Source: Flavobacteriales bacterium (GTDB taxonomy: Bacteria; Bacteroidota; Bacteroidia; Flavobacteriales; Flavobacteriaceae). Taken from it: DNA of 64,000 nt. How positions within the stretch are numbered: the first letter of the stretch is position 1; each line of letters starts with the position of its first letter. The notes beneath the pieces were generated by a model, which did not search any database, was not told where the DNA came from, and was given only the letters and a program-made list of their open reading frames with translations. Shown piece after piece: positions 51,640 to 62,382 of this stretch. The stretch spans positions 232,904 to 296,903 of the forward strand of contig JACJYY010000004.1 of NCBI GenBank assembly GCA_020635875.1. The letters are read 5' to 3'. The position numbers were made by a program, and so were the translations under genes.

Positions 51640-54411
51640 CTAAAAACCGACAGTAATCATTGGCTCAAACATAATTTGTGATTCTTTTGTAGGGTCTACG
51701 TTAAATCTATAGCTATGTCTCATACCAAGAAAAATATCAAATAAAGTAAATAATCGAGTTTCGATTAAAAATTCTATTCCCATTGAATTCTGCTCTATTC
51801 TCTTTTGAGTTACTGTCTCCTTGTAACTTGACACATCCGCAAAGACGCCTCCTATCGCTCGTTTAAAAAAGAATATCCCTCCAAATCCTCCATCTATATT
51901 AAACAAGGGCATTTGGTAATCTAAAGAAACTCTAGCTGCTCTGTCACTTCTGATTACATCATAGTATCCTCGTGCGTAAACAAAATTATCTATGTATAAA
52001 TTTTTATCTTTTTGTGAACTGAATTCTTTTTGATACCCTCCTCCAACTTTAATAGAATGATTGGAATCTACACCAGGAAAATAGAGGTCTAAATAAGTAG
52101 TTACTAATTTAGCATCTCTGCTTGTTGATTTATTGTATTGAACACTAAAAGTCTGTCCTCCTCTATAATTCACATTTTGATAAGCGGTACGTTTTAAATT
52201 TGAAAAACCTACATACGAGTAAATCGTTTCCATATTCGTAGAAAAAATACTTCTATAATTTTCGAAATACGACTCAAGCTGAACGTCAGTAAAATAATTT
52301 CCGTTAACCCAACTTAGAGGTAATGCTACGCCCGCATAATAAGAATCATTCCATATCGTATTATTTCCCTTATATTGTTCTGCTCCTAATCTCAAAATCG
52401 GGTAAGCAAAACTGTAGGAAATAGTTGCACCATAATTAAATAGTTTTTGATTTCTTAGGTATTCAGCACTAATACTTGATGAAAGATTATCCAATATATT
52501 GGTAAACTGTAAGTTCATTTTATAATTTGAAGCCGCTTGTATTAAATCCCACCCTACCAATCGGTGTCCTCTAAACAATCCTCTATATTTTTTTACTTCA
52601 TATTCTTTGTTAGGAATGCTATCTAATATGTTTTTATCAGTGATTCCCATCGAAACTTCAAATCGTTTCATTGCTGCTGGAGGCGTTACCTTGACAGATT
52701 TGTTTATGCCGTGAAAAAGTTCTAACTCCGTTAGTAATCTCCCCTTTTCAGTTTGTTCGCACATAATTAATGTGGTTCCATCCTCTGACACATCTGGCAT
52801 GTACGCCCCTATTCTTACTGAGGTAATCTGATTGATTTTACGATCACCGTTCAAGCTTAGTTCATAAATGTTATCAATCCCACTATATGAGGCACTATAA
52901 TAGATATTTCCATTCCTAATATTGTAATTTCCAATGCTATGTGCTGTCCAATCCGATAGTTGAGTGGTTTCTCTGGTCGTTACATCGTATTCAAAAAACG
53001 CTAATTGAGAATTTCTTTTGGCAATAAAAACAATAGCCTGATCGTCCTCAGTCCATTTAGGAAGCACTACAAAATCATTCTCCTTATTCTCAATTACTTC
53101 TATAGTTTCTCCTGTTTTAGAGTCAATTAGAATAAGATTATTGATTAATTCTTCGTTTGCCTGAACGGCAACTATTTGAGTTCCTGTGGTATTGAAATGA
53201 GGTGAAAAATATTTTCCTTTTTTAGTTACTGTTCGTTTTTCATTCGTATTTAAATCGAATGATTTTATTACAGAATAATTCCTATTACTACGTCTGGCAT
53301 CAACTCGTAGTTCTGTCCATGCTACTCTGTTGTTATTAATAGTCATGTAACCTTCAGGCTCAATCCCTATTTCGGTAAGTTTGGTTTCGTTTCTATTTTG
53401 TAAACGATATAAAGCATGTATTTGATCAAAACTTGATTTTACATACACCATACTACCATCTTCCAGATAATGCGGGTTTCTGTAATTAGTAACAGTTTGT
53501 GGTTTTCTGACTAAAGGAATCTGTTGGGTAAGTTCAATCGTATCTAATTCTTTTTCCCAAACCTCTTTCAAATGAGCATTCGACTCTCGATACAAAGCAC
53601 TAGGAAAATGTCCCGTATGTTTCTTTACAGCAAAGGCAAATGGATAAAAAGGGATTCGATATTGAGAGGCCTCTCTATGAATTTTTTCCCAAACCGTATC
53701 TCCATATTCATTACGGGCATAATTAATCATACCATAACCAAAGTTATAGTGGTCAGGCAGTAAATCTTGATAACTGCCATTTCTTACCTTTTTGTATTTA
53801 TATAGTTTGTTGTTAAGCAAAAGTGCACGTTGCTCACTAAAAAAGTAAGGGGTTCTACCTCTACCTCCATTGGTTAAAGTTGTCTCCATCATTACAGCAT
53901 CGCCTTCACTATACCAATCAGGTACGCTGAATGCATACATCCAAGACCAACCTGCATGACCTTCTAACCAATACATCAGTTTGGTTAAACCTCTCCGTCC
54001 ATTGGCAAATTGTTGTACATGACGGTATTCATGAATGGCCAATTGATCCAACCAATCTAAATTTCCTAAATGATGATTATTCTGAAATGCCGTAGCAAAA
54101 AACTCACTTTTGAAAGGGCCTAGAGCAACATAGCCATTAGAAAGAACTTGATTGGTTTGCAAAACTAAATCTATACGTTGCTTTTTATCGCCAATGGATG
54201 CCGCATGATTTTCTGCCATGACATCAATAATTGTGGCTATTCGGCTTGCTTTTTCTTCTTGTCCCTTAGGGAAGATAACACGTATATTTTTCGTTGTAAT
54301 AAACTGCCATTCTATCCCAGCTGGATGCCCACCTTCTGCAATTTGAGCTTTTGCGTTTTGAAAGCTAAAAATGGTAATAGTAGCTAGTAGAATTGTGAGC
54401 GTTTTTTTCAT
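51640..54411 (-). CDS. Large outer-membrane protein: zincin-like domain, TolB-like propeller and C-terminal barrel
   Basis: Signal peptide; HEYRH and WYSEGDA; propeller repeats; terminal Phe. Confidence 0.7.
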   Translation of the reverse strand: MKKTLTILLATITIFSFQNAKAQIAEGGHPAGIEWQFITTKNIRVIFPKGQEEKASRIATIIDVMAENHAASIGDKKQRIDLVLQTNQVLSNGYVALGPFKSEFFATAFQNNHHLGNLDWLDQLAIHEYRHVQQFANGRRGLTKLMYWLEGHAGWSWMYAFSVPDWYSEGDAVMMETTLTNGGRGRTPYFFSEQRALLLNNKLYKYKKVRNGSYQDLLPDHYNFGYGMINYARNEYGDTVWEKIHREASQYRIPFYPFAFAVKKHTGHFPSALYRESNAHLKEVWEKELDTIELTQQIPLVRKPQTVTNYRNPHYLEDGSMVYVKSSFDQIHALYRLQNRNETKLTEIGIEPEGYMTINNNRVAWTELRVDARRSNRNYSVIKSFDLNTNEKRTVTKKGKYFSPHFNTTGTQIVAVQANEELINNLILIDSKTGETIEVIENKENDFVVLPKWTEDDQAIVFIAKRNSQLAFFEYDVTTRETTQLSDWTAHSIGNYNIRNGNIYYSASYSGIDNIYELSLNGDRKINQITSVRIGAYMPDVSEDGTTLIMCEQTEKGRLLTELELFHGINKSVKVTPPAAMKRFEVSMGITDKNILDSIPNKEYEVKKYRGLFRGHRLVGWDLIQAASNYKMNLQFTNILDNLSSSISAEYLRNQKLFNYGATISYSFAYPILRLGAEQYKGNNTIWNDSYYAGVALPLSWVNGNYFTDVQLESYFENYRSIFSTNMETIYSYVGFSNLKRTAYQNVNYRGGQTFSVQYNKSTSRDAKLVTTYLDLYFPGVDSNHSIKVGGGYQKEFSSQKDKNLYIDNFVYARGYYDVIRSDRAARVSLDYQMPLFNIDGGFGGIFFFKRAIGGVFADVSSYKETVTQKRIEQNSMGIEFLIETRLFTLFDIFLGMRHSYRFNVDPTKESQIMFEPMITVGF

Positions 54412-54541
54412 GGCTGCCAATTTTATGCAACAAAAATAAAATTTTATAAAAGCAACCAACAACAATCTCCATTAAGAATAAATAGTCATTTAGATTTTTT
54501 AACTTTGACCTGAATAAAAAAAACACTAACCACATCCTTGT

Positions 54542-55261
54542 ATGTTATCTGAAACTAATAGATTTTACAAAACTTTAGATAATTATCTGGGTGAGTTTGT
54601 CTACGGTGGTATTGACGGTTGCGTAACAACATTTGCTGTAGTTGCTGGCTCTGTGGGAGCGGGTTTGGATAGTGGGATTATTATTGTTTTAGGATTTGCA
54701 AATCTATTTGCAGACGGTTTCTCAATGTCAGTTGGAGCCTATCTTTCTACAAAATCAACCAATGACAGCTTTAAAAAACACAAAAAACAAGAACATCTTA
54801 AAATCAAAGAAAACCCAACAAGAGAAAAAGAAAGGCTGAAAAGTATTTTACATCGAAAAGGATATGAGGGTGAGCTTTTAGAAAAAATAGTTGATTTTAC
54901 CACTGAAAGCGAATCATTATGGGTGGATACAATTCTATCCGAAGACTTGGATAAAATTGAAGATCAAAAATCCCCTTTAGCCATAGGTCTTACCACTTAT
55001 GTGTCTTTTATACTTATTGGTTTAATTCCTCTTTCTGTTTATGTATGGGATTATTTTAACCATTCGCTGGAAAACCCTTTCTTTTGGTCTTCTACATTAA
55101 CCGCCTTAGGGTTTATTATTATAGGAATATTAAAAAGCTTTGTTTCTCACACTAACATATTTAAAAGTATATTTGAAACTTTAATTCTGGGCACGATTGC
55201 CGCTTTGGTATCTTATTACGTTGGAGATTTTTTAGAAAATTTTATTGTATCTCATTCTTAA
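54542..55261 (+). CDS. VIT1/CCC1 family iron/manganese transporter
   Basis: [27 protein letters not shown]. Confidence 0.92.
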   Translation: MLSETNRFYKTLDNYLGEFVYGGIDGCVTTFAVVAGSVGAGLDSGIIIVLGFANLFADGFSMSVGAYLSTKSTNDSFKKHKKQEHLKIKENPTREKERLKSILHRKGYEGELLEKIVDFTTESESLWVDTILSEDLDKIEDQKSPLAIGLTTYVSFILIGLIPLSVYVWDYFNHSLENPFFWSSTLTALGFIIIGILKSFVSHTNIFKSIFETLILGTIAALVSYYVGDFLENFIVSHS

Positions 55262-55315
55262 TGATTCATTCCTATTCAAATTGCTATATTTGCCCTTAGT
55301 TGGTCTTTTAAATCT

Positions 55316-55954
55316 ATGGTTACACGAATAGTTGTTTTTGCTTTATTGGTTAGCACGTTAGGCTGGAGTCAGTTTAGAAACGATGCTCCAATCAAATTTG
55401 GCACATCAATATCTGTTAACTATTTCTCGTTAATGGGAGATGAAGTCCTTGAAAGTGCCCACAAACCAAGCTTGGGTACTACAATTGGTGCCGGTCTTAG
55501 TTTTCTTATCATTAAGGATACTTTTTTCAACTTAGGGGTATATTATAGCAATAATCAAACTAAATATTACGGAGAGTTTACAGATCTCTATTCTGGAAAA
55601 ATAGGTAGACGAAAAATTACGCATAACTTTTACTATGTCCATTTCCCCTTTTTGATTCAGCGGTATTTCGACAATAGATTTTATCTAAAATTGGGACCTC
55701 AAGTAAGTTTACTGAATAATGTTAAACTCAGTAATTATGAATCTGTTCATACTCTACCTCCCAATTTGGAATCCAATAGAACTGAGTTGTTCGTAAATGC
55801 TGCAGTGGGTAGATCTTTTGCATATGATGCAGGAAACGAATTATATCTCGAATTAGCCAATCAATTTGGTGTATTTAATACAGGAAGTCCCAATTTCCCT
55901 AGATATAACGCAAATACAATCCTCTTTACTGTTGGATGGTACTTTTATTTATAA
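55316..55954 (+). CDS. Outer-membrane beta-barrel (PorT-like porin family)
   Basis: Signal peptide; YVHFPFL, GPQVSLL; aromatic C-terminus. Confidence 0.75.
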   Translation: MVTRIVVFALLVSTLGWSQFRNDAPIKFGTSISVNYFSLMGDEVLESAHKPSLGTTIGAGLSFLIIKDTFFNLGVYYSNNQTKYYGEFTDLYSGKIGRRKITHNFYYVHFPFLIQRYFDNRFYLKLGPQVSLLNNVKLSNYESVHTLPPNLESNRTELFVNAAVGRSFAYDAGNELYLELANQFGVFNTGSPNFPRYNANTILFTVGWYFYL

Positions 55955-55966
55955 AGAAATCTCAAG

Positions 55967-56593
55967 GTGAAGCATTTCGTTTATACAAGTTTATTCCTTT
56001 TGATATTGAGCAATCTTCAGGCACAATTATATAGTGAATATGTAAAAGTTGGTCTCGAAGAATCATTCAATTATTTTGAAATGAGTGGAGACTACAATAT
56101 TACTCGTGAACACCAATCTAGATTTGGTTATTATTTAGGATTGGTTATAGATATTCACGTCAAAGGAAATACCTCCTTTATTACTGGATTAAATTGGATT
56201 AAGAGCAATACGCAAAGTGGATCCAATCTATATGACGTAAACACGCAATCTGTAATTTTTGTACAGCATAAAAACACCTTTCATTATTTGGGGATTCCTT
56301 TAATTGCACAGTACACCTTTGATAACAATATTTTTGTTAATGGAGGTGCTTTTGTAAATTATCTTTCCAGGTATCAAACTAATGTGAACAACATTGGATT
56401 ACCTGCACATAACATAAAAAGAGGCAGATTGGACATAGGTGTGTCTGCTGGTTTTGGTTATAATTTAATTCATACAAGATATACCAATTTGTACATTGCG
56501 TTTAGAAACAATCTGGGTCTTAAAAATACAGGTAACCTAGATTTTAATATCAACACAATGAATTTAATTACAGGTTGGAAAGTAACAATTTAG
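55967..56593 (+). CDS. Outer-membrane beta-barrel (PorT-like porin family)
   Basis: Signal peptide; YLGIPL, DIGVSAGFGY; tandem paralog of the previous gene. Confidence 0.75.
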   Translation: MKHFVYTSLFLLILSNLQAQLYSEYVKVGLEESFNYFEMSGDYNITREHQSRFGYYLGLVIDIHVKGNTSFITGLNWIKSNTQSGSNLYDVNTQSVIFVQHKNTFHYLGIPLIAQYTFDNNIFVNGGAFVNYLSRYQTNVNNIGLPAHNIKRGRLDIGVSAGFGYNLIHTRYTNLYIAFRNNLGLKNTGNLDFNINTMNLITGWKVTI

Positions 56594-56596
56594 CTT

Positions 56597-58033
56597 ATGT
56601 TTTTTAATTCGATTGATTTTGCCGTTTTCTTACCAATAGTTTTTATTCTGTATTGGTTCGTCACACAACGAAACTTGAAGTTGCAAAACTTCCTAATTGT
56701 AATTGCTAGTTATTTCTTCTACGGTTGGTGGGATTGGCGGTTTTTATCCTTGATTCTTTTTAGCACTTTTGTTGATTATGTAATTGGTTTAAAATTATCT
56801 AAAACTGAAAAAACCAGCACAAGAAAGTATCTGCTCTGGACAAGTATACTAGTTAATCTTGGGTTTTTAGGTTTCTTTAAATACTATAATTTCTTTCTGG
56901 ATAACTTTGTGACTGCCTTCTCCTTTTTTGGCAATCCTATTACTGCTCAATCCTTAGATATTATATTGCCTGTAGGGATTAGCTTTTATACTTTCCAAAC
57001 TTTAAGTTATTCCATTGATGTATATAAACGTGAACTGGAACCGACTAAGGATTTTATTGCTTTTGCGGCATTCGTTAGTTTCTTCCCTCAATTGGTAGCA
57101 GGGCCTATTGAACGAGCTGTTAATCTTTTACCGCAGTTCTATACAAAAAGAACTTTTGAATACCACAAAGCTGTTGATGGATTAAAGCAAATTTTGTGGG
57201 GCTTATTCAAAAAAATGGTTATTGCGGACAATTGCGCAGAATTGGTCAATATTGTTTTTGACAACCCTAGTGAACATTCGGGGAGTACGTTATTATTAGG
57301 TGCTATCTTTTTTACCTTTCAAATTTACGGCGATTTCTCTGGTTATTCTGATATCGCTATTGGCACCTCTCGTCTTTTTGGTTTCAATTTGATGCGCAAC
57401 TTCGCTTATCCATATTTTTCAAGAGATATCGCTGAGTTTTGGAGACGATGGCATATTTCATTGTCCACTTGGTTTAGAGATTATCTGTATATTCCTTTGG
57501 GCGGTAGTCGAGGTGGTACATGGATGAAAGTAAGAAATACGTTCATCATTTTTATTGTGAGTGGGTTTTGGCATGGAGCAAACTGGACATACGTCATTTG
57601 GGGAGCATTAAACGCTTTTTATTTTTTACCTCTTTTGTTGACCAAGAATAATAGAAACAACATAGATATTGTTGCAAGTAACAGCATGCTTCCTTCGGTT
57701 AAGGAAATGAGTAAAATGCTTTTAACTTTTGGTTTAACTGTCTTTGCCTGGATTTTCTTTAGAGCGTCATCATTGGATAATGCGATGGAATTTATTTCTC
57801 ATCTTTTTAGTACTTCACTTTTGAGTAAACCATATATTCCTCATACTACAATTTTAAGCTTCTTGGTTATTTTTACCGTCATTGAATGGATAGGTAGAAA
57901 AGAAGAGTTTGCCATAGCTACCTTAGGGAATAAATGGCCTAGATATTTGAGATGGTGTTTATACTATGGAATTATAATAACACTATACCTAAACGGAGGT
58001 CAGGAAGAACAGTTTATTTATTTTCAGTTTTAA
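56597..58033 (+). CDS. MBOAT family O-acyltransferase (AlgI/DltB-like)
   Basis: LPVGISFYTFQ, DFSGYSDIA, FWRRWHISLS, SGFWHGA. Confidence 0.95.
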   Translation: MFFNSIDFAVFLPIVFILYWFVTQRNLKLQNFLIVIASYFFYGWWDWRFLSLILFSTFVDYVIGLKLSKTEKTSTRKYLLWTSILVNLGFLGFFKYYNFFLDNFVTAFSFFGNPITAQSLDIILPVGISFYTFQTLSYSIDVYKRELEPTKDFIAFAAFVSFFPQLVAGPIERAVNLLPQFYTKRTFEYHKAVDGLKQILWGLFKKMVIADNCAELVNIVFDNPSEHSGSTLLLGAIFFTFQIYGDFSGYSDIAIGTSRLFGFNLMRNFAYPYFSRDIAEFWRRWHISLSTWFRDYLYIPLGGSRGGTWMKVRNTFIIFIVSGFWHGANWTYVIWGALNAFYFLPLLLTKNNRNNIDIVASNSMLPSVKEMSKMLLTFGLTVFAWIFFRASSLDNAMEFISHLFSTSLLSKPYIPHTTILSFLVIFTVIEWIGRKEEFAIATLGNKWPRYLRWCLYYGIIITLYLNGGQEEQFIYFQF

Positions 58034-58045
58034 TTTTAAAAAAGT

Positions 58046-59077
58046 ATGCTCGCTTTTCTTAAAAAAGCAGGATTCTTTTTAAGTCCTATTATCGTTTTTT
58101 TGGTTTTTGTAATTTCTTACAATACCATATTGGATCCCTATGGTGTAATTCATGGCAACATGGACAATCAAAAAATGGATTGCAATCAACGGTATTTGAA
58201 AATCAAACATTTGATTAATAATCCTAAAAAGTACGACAGCTTTTTATTTGGTTCTTCTAGAGTATCAAGTGTTGATACCAGAAAAATAGGGTTTGGGAAA
58301 TGGTATAATATGACTTATAGTGAGGGTCTCCCCTATGAGCATTTGGAAGACCTAAAACAAATGCTATCGAATGGTATAGAGGTTAAAAACATATTGATTG
58401 GTGTTGATGAAATATCTTATTCCTCTCCACCCGAAAGGCATTTAACCGAATCTCTACGAAAGCCTTATAAATCCGAGTATAATCCACTAATTGATTACTA
58501 CTTGCTTTTGCCTGATTATGATATCTATAAAAATATCCGAAAGTTTAAGGACAAAGAATTTTTTATAAAATACGACTTATATGAAACAGGAATTCCTTTT
58601 ATCAATTTAGGTGTAACTGAGGATCATTGGAAATCAGAGGATCATACTACTTCTGACGTATTTGACAAACCGCACCATATGCCGTATTATGTCAATCTTG
58701 TAGATCAAACAATTGAAGACTTAAAAGAAATTCAAACGCTCTGCGAACAAAACAATATTAGGCTAACTTTATTTGTTAGTCCTATTCATCCAACCACTTA
58801 TAAGCACATGAATAAGAGTTGGTATTTTTCTTTCATTGAAAAGCTCAGTCAAATTCAACCTTACTATGATTTTAGTGGATTCAATTCCATGACGTCAAAC
58901 AATGCCAATTATTTGGAGACTTGTCATTACAGAATGCCTGTTGGAGACGAAATGATAGACATTATGTATAATAATGTAAAACCGTATGATGATGGTTTTG
59001 GGCAAACCGTAAATACCAGCAACATAAGCTTGGTAATCCAACAAAAAAAAGCTGATTTAGAAAATAATCAAAAATGA
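58046..59077 (+). CDS. Membrane-anchored SGNH/DltD-like partner of the MBOAT protein
   Basis: FGSSR near the N-terminus, YLETCHY near the C-terminus; follows the MBOAT gene. Confidence 0.65.
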   Translation: MLAFLKKAGFFLSPIIVFLVFVISYNTILDPYGVIHGNMDNQKMDCNQRYLKIKHLINNPKKYDSFLFGSSRVSSVDTRKIGFGKWYNMTYSEGLPYEHLEDLKQMLSNGIEVKNILIGVDEISYSSPPERHLTESLRKPYKSEYNPLIDYYLLLPDYDIYKNIRKFKDKEFFIKYDLYETGIPFINLGVTEDHWKSEDHTTSDVFDKPHHMPYYVNLVDQTIEDLKEIQTLCEQNNIRLTLFVSPIHPTTYKHMNKSWYFSFIEKLSQIQPYYDFSGFNSMTSNNANYLETCHYRMPVGDEMIDIMYNNVKPYDDGFGQTVNTSNISLVIQQKKADLENNQK

Positions 59078-59550
59078 AAGCAGCTTCCGCTAAAGAAATA
59101 AAAGACGAACTAAAGCACTCTTCACAACAAGAATTGGTAGATTTGTGTCTTCACTTGTCTCGTTTTAAAAAAGAGAATAAAGAACTCCTTACCTATCTAT
59201 TATTCGAAGCGCATGATGAAGAAGCTTTTATTGAGGGCGTTAAGTCCGAGATAGATGAATGGTTTGAAGCTATTAATACTTCGAGTTATTTTTTTATCCG
59301 TAAAAGTGTTCGAAAGATTCTTTCTCAAATCAAAAAACATATCCGATATTCTAAAAAGACAGAAACAGAGATTGAACTACTACTCTACTTTTGTGTTAAA
59401 CTAAAAGAACTCAAACCTTCGTATAAAAACAATAAAGTCTTAGTCAATACTTTTGAGAGGCAATTGGTATTAGTTCAAAAGAAAATGGCATCCCTTCATG
59501 AAGATTTACAGTACGACTATTTGCAAGAACTTTCTCACCTAAAACGCTAA
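59074..59550 (+). CDS. Conserved hypothetical protein
   Basis: RFKKENKELLTYLLF, LHEDLQYDY; overlaps the previous stop codon. Confidence 0.75.
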   Translation: MKAASAKEIKDELKHSSQQELVDLCLHLSRFKKENKELLTYLLFEAHDEEAFIEGVKSEIDEWFEAINTSSYFFIRKSVRKILSQIKKHIRYSKKTETEIELLLYFCVKLKELKPSYKNNKVLVNTFERQLVLVQKKMASLHEDLQYDYLQELSHLKR

Positions 59551-59596
59551 TACCCCAAACGGGTATATTTGAAACAAAAACAACTAAATTTACCTA

Positions 59597-60427
59597 ATGG
59601 AAATTTTTAATGTTTACTATATAGTTGCAGGAGCTATTGCTGGTTTACTTGCTGGTCTTTTTGGAGTTGGTGGTGGTATGATCATAGTACCTTCATTGAT
59701 TTATATTTTTAAAACACAAGGCTTTCCTGAAGCTGCACTTACTCATGTTGGTGTTGGAACTTCATTGGCAACAATAATTGTCACATCTATTAGTTCCCTT
59801 AGAGCACATCACAAAAAAGGAGGCGTTAATTGGAACGTCTGGAAACGAATGGCGCCAGGATTGGTAGCTGGTTCGCTGATTGGTGCTGGGATTGCATCTA
59901 TCATTCGAGGAAACTCCTTACAGACTATAATTGGTATGGGGGCCTTTTTAGTAGGACTAAAAATGCTTTTTATGAAAAACAAAGCTTTAGAAGAAAACGA
60001 TTTTAGTAGACTACCATCCCCTATTGGACAAACCGGATTAGGTGGTTTTATTGGAATTGTATCTGCTATTTTTGGTATAGGTGGAGGCACATTAACAGTA
60101 CCACTTTTGAGTCATTATGGATTAAAAATTCAAAATGCAGTTGGAACTTCTGCTGCTTGTGGTTTACCTATTGCAGTTTCTGGCGCTTTAGGTTTTCTCA
60201 TCTTTGGACAATTCATTGATTCAAATGTGAAAGACGCATTACCTAATGGAGTGTTCGGTTTTGTGCATGTCTATGCTTTTATAAGTGTCAGTCTGGCAAG
60301 TTTTTTCACAGCACCACTCGGCGCCAAATTAGCCCACGTATTACCTGCAACAACATTAAAAAAAGCTTTTGCAGTATTATTACTGTTCGTAGGAATTAAG
60401 CTTATATGGAATTCGAATATTTTGTGA
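59597..60427 (+). CDS. TauE/SafE family sulfite exporter
   Basis: GLFGVGGG and GIGGG repeats; GTSLA. Confidence 0.92.
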   Translation: MEIFNVYYIVAGAIAGLLAGLFGVGGGMIIVPSLIYIFKTQGFPEAALTHVGVGTSLATIIVTSISSLRAHHKKGGVNWNVWKRMAPGLVAGSLIGAGIASIIRGNSLQTIIGMGAFLVGLKMLFMKNKALEENDFSRLPSPIGQTGLGGFIGIVSAIFGIGGGTLTVPLLSHYGLKIQNAVGTSAACGLPIAVSGALGFLIFGQFIDSNVKDALPNGVFGFVHVYAFISVSLASFFTAPLGAKLAHVLPATTLKKAFAVLLLFVGIKLIWNSNIL

Positions 60428-60496
60428 TTCAACACCCTCTCCCACCTACACAATAAATAAATCATATAGAATAATAGAAAAATCTTTCTATACAAT

Positions 60497-60539
60497 AGTT
60501 GTATGTACAAGTTTAGCATATACATTTGTATATACAAAT
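60497..60539. promoter_or_regulatory. Two MarR-type operator palindromes overlapping the promoter
   Basis: ATTTGTATATACAAAT (perfect, 60524-60539) and AGTTGTATGTACAAGT (60497-60512); TACATTTG -7 box at 60521. Confidence 0.65.
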
Positions 60540-60554
60540 TATGTAGAGACAAAT

Positions 60555-61004
60555 ATGACATTTGAAGAATTAGTAAAATCAAAAGAAGTGGACGTGCGTA
60601 AACGAGCTGTTATCAGTATTGTTTACACTCAAAACATTCTAGGAGATAAATTAAATGAAATGCTTAAGCCCTATGACTTGTCACCTGAACAGTTTAACGT
60701 GTTACGAATTTTAAGAGGAAATAAGGGGAAACCTGCTAATATGAGTACCATTCAGGAACGAATGATTGCTAAAACGAGTAATACCACACGATTAATCGAT
60801 AAACTTTTAGCAAAGGATTTGGTATCACGTCAAGTATGTCCCAATAATCGTAGAAAAATGGAGGTTAATATTACAGATAAAGGGCTATCCCTCCTTCTTG
60901 AAATTGATCCCAAAATGAATAAACATGAAGAAAGCTCTACCCGCAATCTAACACAAAAAGAACTAGAACAGTTAATAGACCTACTAGATAAAATTAGAAA
61001 CTAA
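60555..61004 (+). CDS. MarR family transcriptional regulator
   Basis: QFNVLRILRG, SNTTRLIDKL, NRRKMEVNITDKG. Confidence 0.93.
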   Translation: MTFEELVKSKEVDVRKRAVISIVYTQNILGDKLNEMLKPYDLSPEQFNVLRILRGNKGKPANMSTIQERMIAKTSNTTRLIDKLLAKDLVSRQVCPNNRRKMEVNITDKGLSLLLEIDPKMNKHEESSTRNLTQKELEQLIDLLDKIRN

Positions 61005-61009
61005 ACAAA

Positions 61010-61639
61010 ATGAATTTTATAGAAAATCAAAATTGGCGTTACGCTACTAAAAAATTTGATGCTTCTAAAATAGTTGCTTCAAAAGATATTGACTTTTTAA
61101 AAGAAGCGGTTCGCTTGGCTGCCACTTCTTATGGGTTGCAACCTTTTCAGGTATTGATTATTGAAACCCAAGAAATTAAAGAGCAATTAAAATCGGCTTC
61201 ATGGGGTCAGTCACAAATCACAGATGCATCTCATGTATTTGTTTTTGCTAATAAAACCGAAATATCAGATGAGTTTGTGGATGATTATATTAAAAACACC
61301 TCTGAAACGCGTGATATTGCTATCGAAAATCTGAAACAGTATGGTGGTTTTGTTAAAAAGACTATTGCTAAAATGGATTCAGAAACTTTGAGTAATTGGA
61401 CATCTAAACAAACGTATATCGCTTTGGGTAATTTATTGAACGCTGCCGCAGAAATTAAGGTAGATACAACTCCAATTGAAGGATTTGACTCTAAACAGTA
61501 CAATGAAATTTTGGGCTTGACCCAAAAAGACTTGAACGCTACAGTTGTTGCTGCTGTGGGTTATCGCTCAGAAGAAGATAATACGCAACACCTAGGAAAA
61601 ATCAGACGTACAACAGAAGAATTATTTATCACTTTATAA
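61010..61639 (+). CDS. NAD(P)H-dependent nitroreductase
   Basis: WRYATKKFD, SYGLQP, TPIEGF. Confidence 0.93.
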   Translation: MNFIENQNWRYATKKFDASKIVASKDIDFLKEAVRLAATSYGLQPFQVLIIETQEIKEQLKSASWGQSQITDASHVFVFANKTEISDEFVDDYIKNTSETRDIAIENLKQYGGFVKKTIAKMDSETLSNWTSKQTYIALGNLLNAAAEIKVDTTPIEGFDSKQYNEILGLTQKDLNATVVAAVGYRSEEDNTQHLGKIRRTTEELFITL

Positions 61640-61672
61640 TAGAAACAATTAACAAACACTAAAATTTTAATT

Positions 61673-62245
61673 ATGAAAAATGTAAAAACAGCTTTATTAG
61701 CATTATTCGTTGCCGCAGGAACTTTAACTGCAACAGCACAAAACGTTACCAAAGAAGTAAAAGCAGCCGAAAGCAAAGTCAACTGGAAAGCCTACAAAGT
61801 AACGGGATCTCATGAAGGAGATGTAAAACTTCAAAGTGGTACACTTGTATTTAATGGTGACAAATTAGTTGGAGGAACGTTTGTTGTAGATATGACAACC
61901 ATCAACACTACAGACATGTCTGGAGAATACAAAAATAAACTAGATGGTCACTTGAAGTCGGATGATTTTTTTGGTGTGGCCAAATTTCCAACATCAAAAC
62001 TACTTATTAAAACAGCTACGGCTAAATCTAAAAATGCCTACACAGTTACAGGTGACTTGACTATAAAAGGAAAAACCTTACCTATTACTTTCGAAATGGC
62101 AGTATATGGAAGTAAAGCAAATGCTACTCTGAAAGTGGATCGTACAAAATACGATGTTAGATATGGATCAGGAAGTTTCTTTGATGGATTAGGCGACAAA
62201 ACAATCTATGATGAGTTTGATTTAGTCGTTGACTTACAGTTCTAA
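61673..62245 (+). CDS. YceI family protein
   Basis: LDGHLKSDDFF, GDLTIKG, DRTKYDV. Confidence 0.93.
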   Translation: MKNVKTALLALFVAAGTLTATAQNVTKEVKAAESKVNWKAYKVTGSHEGDVKLQSGTLVFNGDKLVGGTFVVDMTTINTTDMSGEYKNKLDGHLKSDDFFGVAKFPTSKLLIKTATAKSKNAYTVTGDLTIKGKTLPITFEMAVYGSKANATLKVDRTKYDVRYGSGSFFDGLGDKTIYDEFDLVVDLQF

Positions 62246-62267
62246 CAAAACAAACTGCTCATCAAGG

Positions 62268-62302
62268 AGAATCCCCTGCACTATGTGTGGGGGATTTTTT
62301 TT
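62268..62302 (+). terminator. Intrinsic terminator
   Basis: AATCCCC...GGGGATT stem followed by a T-run. Confidence 0.8.
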
Positions 62303-62382
62303 GTTTAATTCGTTAAAAAATAATTTGATTATGGAGTATTATTTTTAGAAATTAGTGAACTAATCTTAAAAACAAATTCCCC

